A stretch of DNA of 64,000 nucleotides from contig CAWDEM010000008.1 in assembly GCA_963801355.1 (NCBI GenBank), positions 1,856,001 to 1,920,000 on the forward strand, written 5' to 3'. The notes beneath the pieces are model-generated. The model was given only the letters and a program-made list of their open reading frames with translations. It was not told the origin of the DNA and did not search any database. Made by a program: the position numbers and the translations under genes. Numbering within the stretch: position 1 is the stretch's first letter; every line of letters starts with the position of its first letter. The DNA is from Ignavibacteriota bacterium (GTDB lineage Bacteria > Bacteroidota > Ignavibacteria > UBA10030 > UBA6906). This document shows, piece by piece, positions 60,178 through 64,000 of the stretch.

Positions 60178-61359
60178 TCAGGTGGTTGATGGGGGAGGTG
60201 CAGCCATTCTGCCGACGGCCAGCGACATTCCGACCGTAACCCAGAGCAGGATGACCACCTCTTGATCGCCGAAGCTCCATTCCGTGAGGCCCATAACATG
60301 AAACCCCACGAACACCGCAAGAGCACCGAGCGCGACGGACCCGCGGAACCATTCATCGCGCAGGAGGGCGAACACCCGCCATTCCGTCACGGCGATCTTC
60401 ACGAAAAGCGCATACACCGCGCAAAAACCCACGATCCCGAGTGTGACGAGTATTTGCAGCGGCACATTGTGGAGATGACCGTGATGCTCCGGATTCACCG
60501 TTGTCGCATAGCGATCGTAGAGCTCCCGGAGGTCGATGTCTCCCACACCCACGACCGGATAGTTCGCAAAAATCGTGATTCCCGTGGACCAGAGCATGAC
60601 ACGCGTGGCGTTTTCCGGGTGGTGGACATCGGTGATGCTCGCAAGCCGTTGTTGTACGTACGGCGGGGCGAACAGGACCACCAGGGCGACCAGCAGGACC
60701 AGGGGTATGATCAGTTTGATGTTGCGGACGAGCGCAATGAACAGCATCCCCGCACCAGCCGCGAGATAGGCCCCGCGCGTCACAGTCGCATAGAGGGCGA
60801 TACCCATCGGTATGACCGCGAGCATCCCGGCGATACGCCACCGCAATGGTGTCCGCGGGTGCACGACAAACGGCAGGGTGAGCAGCAGGGCGATCATCAA
60901 CAGTTCAGATGTTGTCATGTAGAACTGGAAGATGCCCAGTCGCGTAACCTCTCCCGCGCCTTCCACGACCAGGGCCCGGACCAGCTTCCCGACGCCCAGA
61001 ATTGAGACCGCGGTGGCTGCGCCGAGCAGCGTCAGCACAACCAGCTTCGCCTTACCTTCGGATGTGATGTGTGTCGCGAAGAAATAGACCACGGCGATCA
61101 GCAGTAATCGTTTGGAGAAGAACAGCGACTGTGCGGCGTTCTCGGAGAATGCCGTGGAGAGAAATTCCGCCACAATCCAGGCGAGAAAGAACCAGTCATA
61201 CGGTGTCGACACGACAGACCATCGGCGCTCCAGAATCATCAGCAGGATCCAGCAGAGTGCCATCAGGCCCAATGACAGGGAATTCACGGCGATGGAGAAG
61301 TAGCATGAAGCGAGAAACAGCACCATCGCCCCATCCATCACACGGCGTACGGTGATCAT
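60178..61359 (-). CDS. O-antigen ligase family protein
   Basis: Multiple TM segments, TRGAY, R..LW, HLHN. Confidence 0.85.
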   Translation of the reverse strand: MITVRRVMDGAMVLFLASCYFSIAVNSLSLGLMALCWILLMILERRWSVVSTPYDWFFLAWIVAEFLSTAFSENAAQSLFFSKRLLLIAVVYFFATHITSEGKAKLVVLTLLGAATAVSILGVGKLVRALVVEGAGEVTRLGIFQFYMTTSELLMIALLLTLPFVVHPRTPLRWRIAGMLAVIPMGIALYATVTRGAYLAAGAGMLFIALVRNIKLIIPLVLLVALVVLFAPPYVQQRLASITDVHHPENATRVMLWSTGITIFANYPVVGVGDIDLRELYDRYATTVNPEHHGHLHNVPLQILVTLGIVGFCAVYALFVKIAVTEWRVFALLRDEWFRGSVALGALAVFVGFHVMGLTEWSFGDQEVVILLWVTVGMSLAVGRMAAPPPSTT

Positions 61360-61360
61360 G

Positions 61361-63205
61361 TCAGACCCGGAACTGGAGGTCAAATAACTTCTTATAGAGC
61401 CCACCCCGCTTTTTCAGGAGATCCTGATGTTTTCCTGTTTCAACGATCTTTCCGTCCTCAATCACGATAATCCGGTCGGCGTGCTGCACCGTCGACAGGC
61501 GATGTGCGATGACGATGGATGTCCGCCCGGTCATCAACCGTTCGATGGCCTCCTGCACGAGGATTTCGGATTCGGTATCAAGCGACGAGGTCGCCTCGTC
61601 AAGGATCAGTATCGGGGGATTCTTCAGAATCGCCCTCGCAAGAGCGAGCCGTTGTCGTTCGCCCCCGGAAATCTTTACGCCCCGTTCGCCGATCAGCGAC
61701 TCGTAACCGTTTGGCATCGCGCTGATAAATCCGTGGGCATTCGCGGCTCTCGCCGCCTCCTCGATCCGATCGATTGAGCAGTCTTCGAGCCCATACGCGA
61801 TGTTGTTCCTCACGGTGTCGTTGAAGAGAATAGTTTCCTGGGTCACGATCCCTATATTCTCACGCAGCGACTTCAACTCGACATCACGGAGGTCCAGGCC
61901 GTCTATCGTGATGACACCTCCCGTCGGGTCATAGAACCGGGGCACCAGATCTACGAGGGTGCTCTTCCCGGCGCCGCTGGGGCCAACCACTGCGACCACA
62001 TCGCCCTTGTTGATACGGAGCGAGACATCCCGCAGTACCGGATCTCCCTCGACATAGTGGAAAGAAACGTTGCGGAATTCTATCGCGGACTGGAAGACGT
62101 TCAGGTGCTTGGGCGATGCAGCATCCCTGATGCCTGGTTCTGTATCGAGGATTTCAAAGACCCTCTTCCCGGCGGCGGTGGCCTCCTGGATCCGGTTGTT
62201 CACCCCGCTCAGTTCTTTAATGGGTGGCATCAGCTGGAAGACCGCAAAGAGGAACCCCAGAAACTCGCTCGCCTTGAGGGCCTCATGCTGCAGGACCTGC
62301 ATGCCGCCGTACCAGATAATCACCGCGCCGGCGGCGGCACTCAGAAATTCCGTGGTGGGCGAGGCCAGGTTGCGTATCCGCGTCACCCTCAGGATCGTGT
62401 CGAGATACCCCTGGCCGACGCCGGCGAATTTCTTGTTTTCGAAATTCTCCATCCCGAACGCCTTCACCACCTTCACCCCCGATATCGTTTCGTGCAGTAC
62501 GGAGGTCAGGTCGGCAATGCGCTCCTGCACAAGGCTGGATTCCTTGTGCACCCGGCGCCCGATCCAGGCAATGATCACCGTGGCAACAGGAAACACCACG
62601 AACGCAATCAGCGTCATCTTCCAGCTGATGATGACGGTGATCGTCAGATAGACGGCGATGAGCAATGGCTCGCGGATCATCGTCTGAAAGGTCGCCGAGA
62701 TCCCGGTATTGATCACCGGCACATCGTTCATGATGCGCGAGATGAGATTGCCGGTGCGCTCGTTGCTGAAATAGGCGAGGGGGAGGGCATGGATGTGACG
62801 GTACAGGGCGTTCCGCACGTCGCGGATCAGTCCTTGCTCCACGGCCACCATCAGATTGGACTGCAGATACCCGAAGATGTTCCGGAAGAAGAAGGCAATG
62901 ACGACCACAATGCAGATATTGAACAGTGAATCGACGGGATTGGGGCGGAATACGAGTTGCTGGAACCCCGCAGCCAACCCGTCCTTGAGATTCACCAGCC
63001 AATCGGGGAGGAAGGAGACGCTGGATTGGCTCACGGCGGCGGCGGGTGCGGCCTCGGGCCGGAAGAACAATGTCTCCAGCAGCGGAATGGTCAGATAGAT
63101 CGACATGCCACTAAACAGGGAAAACAGAACCGAGCATGCCATGGATGCAACGAGCTTCAACCAATAGGGGCGCAAATACGTCAGCACACGTCTGTAGATC
63201 GTCAT
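61361..63205 (-). CDS. msbA: MsbA-like ABC exporter
   Basis: TM domain; GPSGAGKST, ISGGERQR, ILDEATSSLD, IAHRLST; LPS gene context. Confidence 0.85.
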   Translation of the reverse strand: MTIYRRVLTYLRPYWLKLVASMACSVLFSLFSGMSIYLTIPLLETLFFRPEAAPAAAVSQSSVSFLPDWLVNLKDGLAAGFQQLVFRPNPVDSLFNICIVVVIAFFFRNIFGYLQSNLMVAVEQGLIRDVRNALYRHIHALPLAYFSNERTGNLISRIMNDVPVINTGISATFQTMIREPLLIAVYLTITVIISWKMTLIAFVVFPVATVIIAWIGRRVHKESSLVQERIADLTSVLHETISGVKVVKAFGMENFENKKFAGVGQGYLDTILRVTRIRNLASPTTEFLSAAAGAVIIWYGGMQVLQHEALKASEFLGFLFAVFQLMPPIKELSGVNNRIQEATAAGKRVFEILDTEPGIRDAASPKHLNVFQSAIEFRNVSFHYVEGDPVLRDVSLRINKGDVVAVVGPSGAGKSTLVDLVPRFYDPTGGVITIDGLDLRDVELKSLRENIGIVTQETILFNDTVRNNIAYGLEDCSIDRIEEAARAANAHGFISAMPNGYESLIGERGVKISGGERQRLALARAILKNPPILILDEATSSLDTESEILVQEAIERLMTGRTSIVIAHRLSTVQHADRIIVIEDGKIVETGKHQDLLKKRGGLYKKLFDLQFRV

Positions 63206-64000
63206 GCCTTCCTCTTGAGGATGTTCAGCTCCGCGTTGGTGATCGGCGGGAGCTGGCCTTTTCCCTCTGCCTGGCGCATCCGGTATTCCCAGAGTTTGGC
63301 ATACATCAACATCGCATACGTGGCGTCCAGCAGGGCAAGAACAAAACCGTGGAAACCGTCCTTGTAGCCTTTTCTCGAAATAAACATGCGGAGGAAATGT
63401 GACAGAGGGTTCAGCATGAGATGATGCCACCGCACGTCGATGTCGGGGTGATCCTTCAGCTTGTTCGATACATGCAACGAAGTATACTCATTCATCTTCT
63501 CCACGTACGCATAGATGGTCTCGTAGGTGTGATGATAGAGATGCCCCTTGAGCTCTCCCCGCTTTCCTTTCGTATTGAATCCCCCGTGGATTTCCTGATG
63601 CTCGGGATAGTACCTGTCGCGCCGAAAAAATCTGAACTGGTTGTCGGGAAACCACCCGCCGTGTTCGATCCAGCGGCCGAAAGCACGGGGCTTCCGGACA
63701 AAACTGAAACCAGCGCACTCCGTTCCTTCGCGCAGCACCTTCTGCACCTCGTCTTTGAGCTCGGGGGACATCTCCTCATCTGCATCAATGACGAATATCC
63801 AGTCTCCCGTCGCATACCCGATCCCCCGCTCCACCTGCTTGCTCGTGCCGGGGTACTCGTGCTGGTAGACCTTTGCCGTATACTTCTGTGCCAGCGCTAC
63901 GGTCCCGTCGGTGCTGAAGGAATCGACGACAACAATCTCATCAGCCCAGCTGACACTCCCCAGACACCGGTCGATGTTGCGCTCCTCGTTCAACGTCACG
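63202..64000 (-). CDS. GT2 glycosyltransferase (5' end off the right edge)
   Basis: TLNEE, VVDSFSTD, IDADE, IHG, GYKDG. Confidence 0.9.
   Translation of the reverse strand, partial: VTLNEERNIDRCLGSVSWADEIVVVDSFSTDGTVALAQKYTAKVYQHEYPGTSKQVERGIGYATGDWIFVIDADEEMSPELKDEVQKVLREGTECAGFSFVRKPRAFGRWIEHGGWFPDNQFRFFRRDRYYPEHQEIHGGFNTKGKRGELKGHLYHHTYETIYAYVEKMNEYTSLHVSNKLKDHPDIDVRWHHLMLNPLSHFLRMFISRKGYKDGFHGFVLALLDATYAMLMYAKLWEYRMRQAEGKGQLPPITNAELNILKRKA

Noticed and set aside
1-64000. CRISPR array, rRNA or intact integrase/prophage genes
   Set aside because: None seen by eye or in the ORF track

Overview
Bacterial window, probably from an FCB-group organism (Ignavibacteria/Bacteroidota-like); this is inferred from gene content only. 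The right part (~39.8-64 kb) is ordinary core genome: an MFS transporter, the hisZGDCBHAF-IE operon with a His-rich leader-peptide attenuator, a TonB-dependent receptor, arfB, a POT/MFS transporter, YyaL, DUF47-PiT, tRNA-Ala, NAD kinase and LPS genes. The boundary is a minus-strand tRNA-Asn(GUU) gene interrupted by a 312-nt group I intron inserted inside the anticodon (position 35/36). Everything to its left looks like an accreted array of integrase-less islands. These are delimited by copies of the tRNA-Asn 3' end at 31535, 6015 and (degenerate) 1952, and include a nested segment bounded by ~153-bp repeats containing a tRNA-Pro 3' half. Cargo includes a ~24-kb co-oriented exo-glycosidase cluster (GH2/3/29/31/43/95 plus an unclassified protein), two Ser/Thr kinase-TPR genes and two kinase stubs. 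Three kinase starts share a promoter and a ~60-nt structured leader. IS remnants and a nucleotidyltransferase two-gene module are also present.
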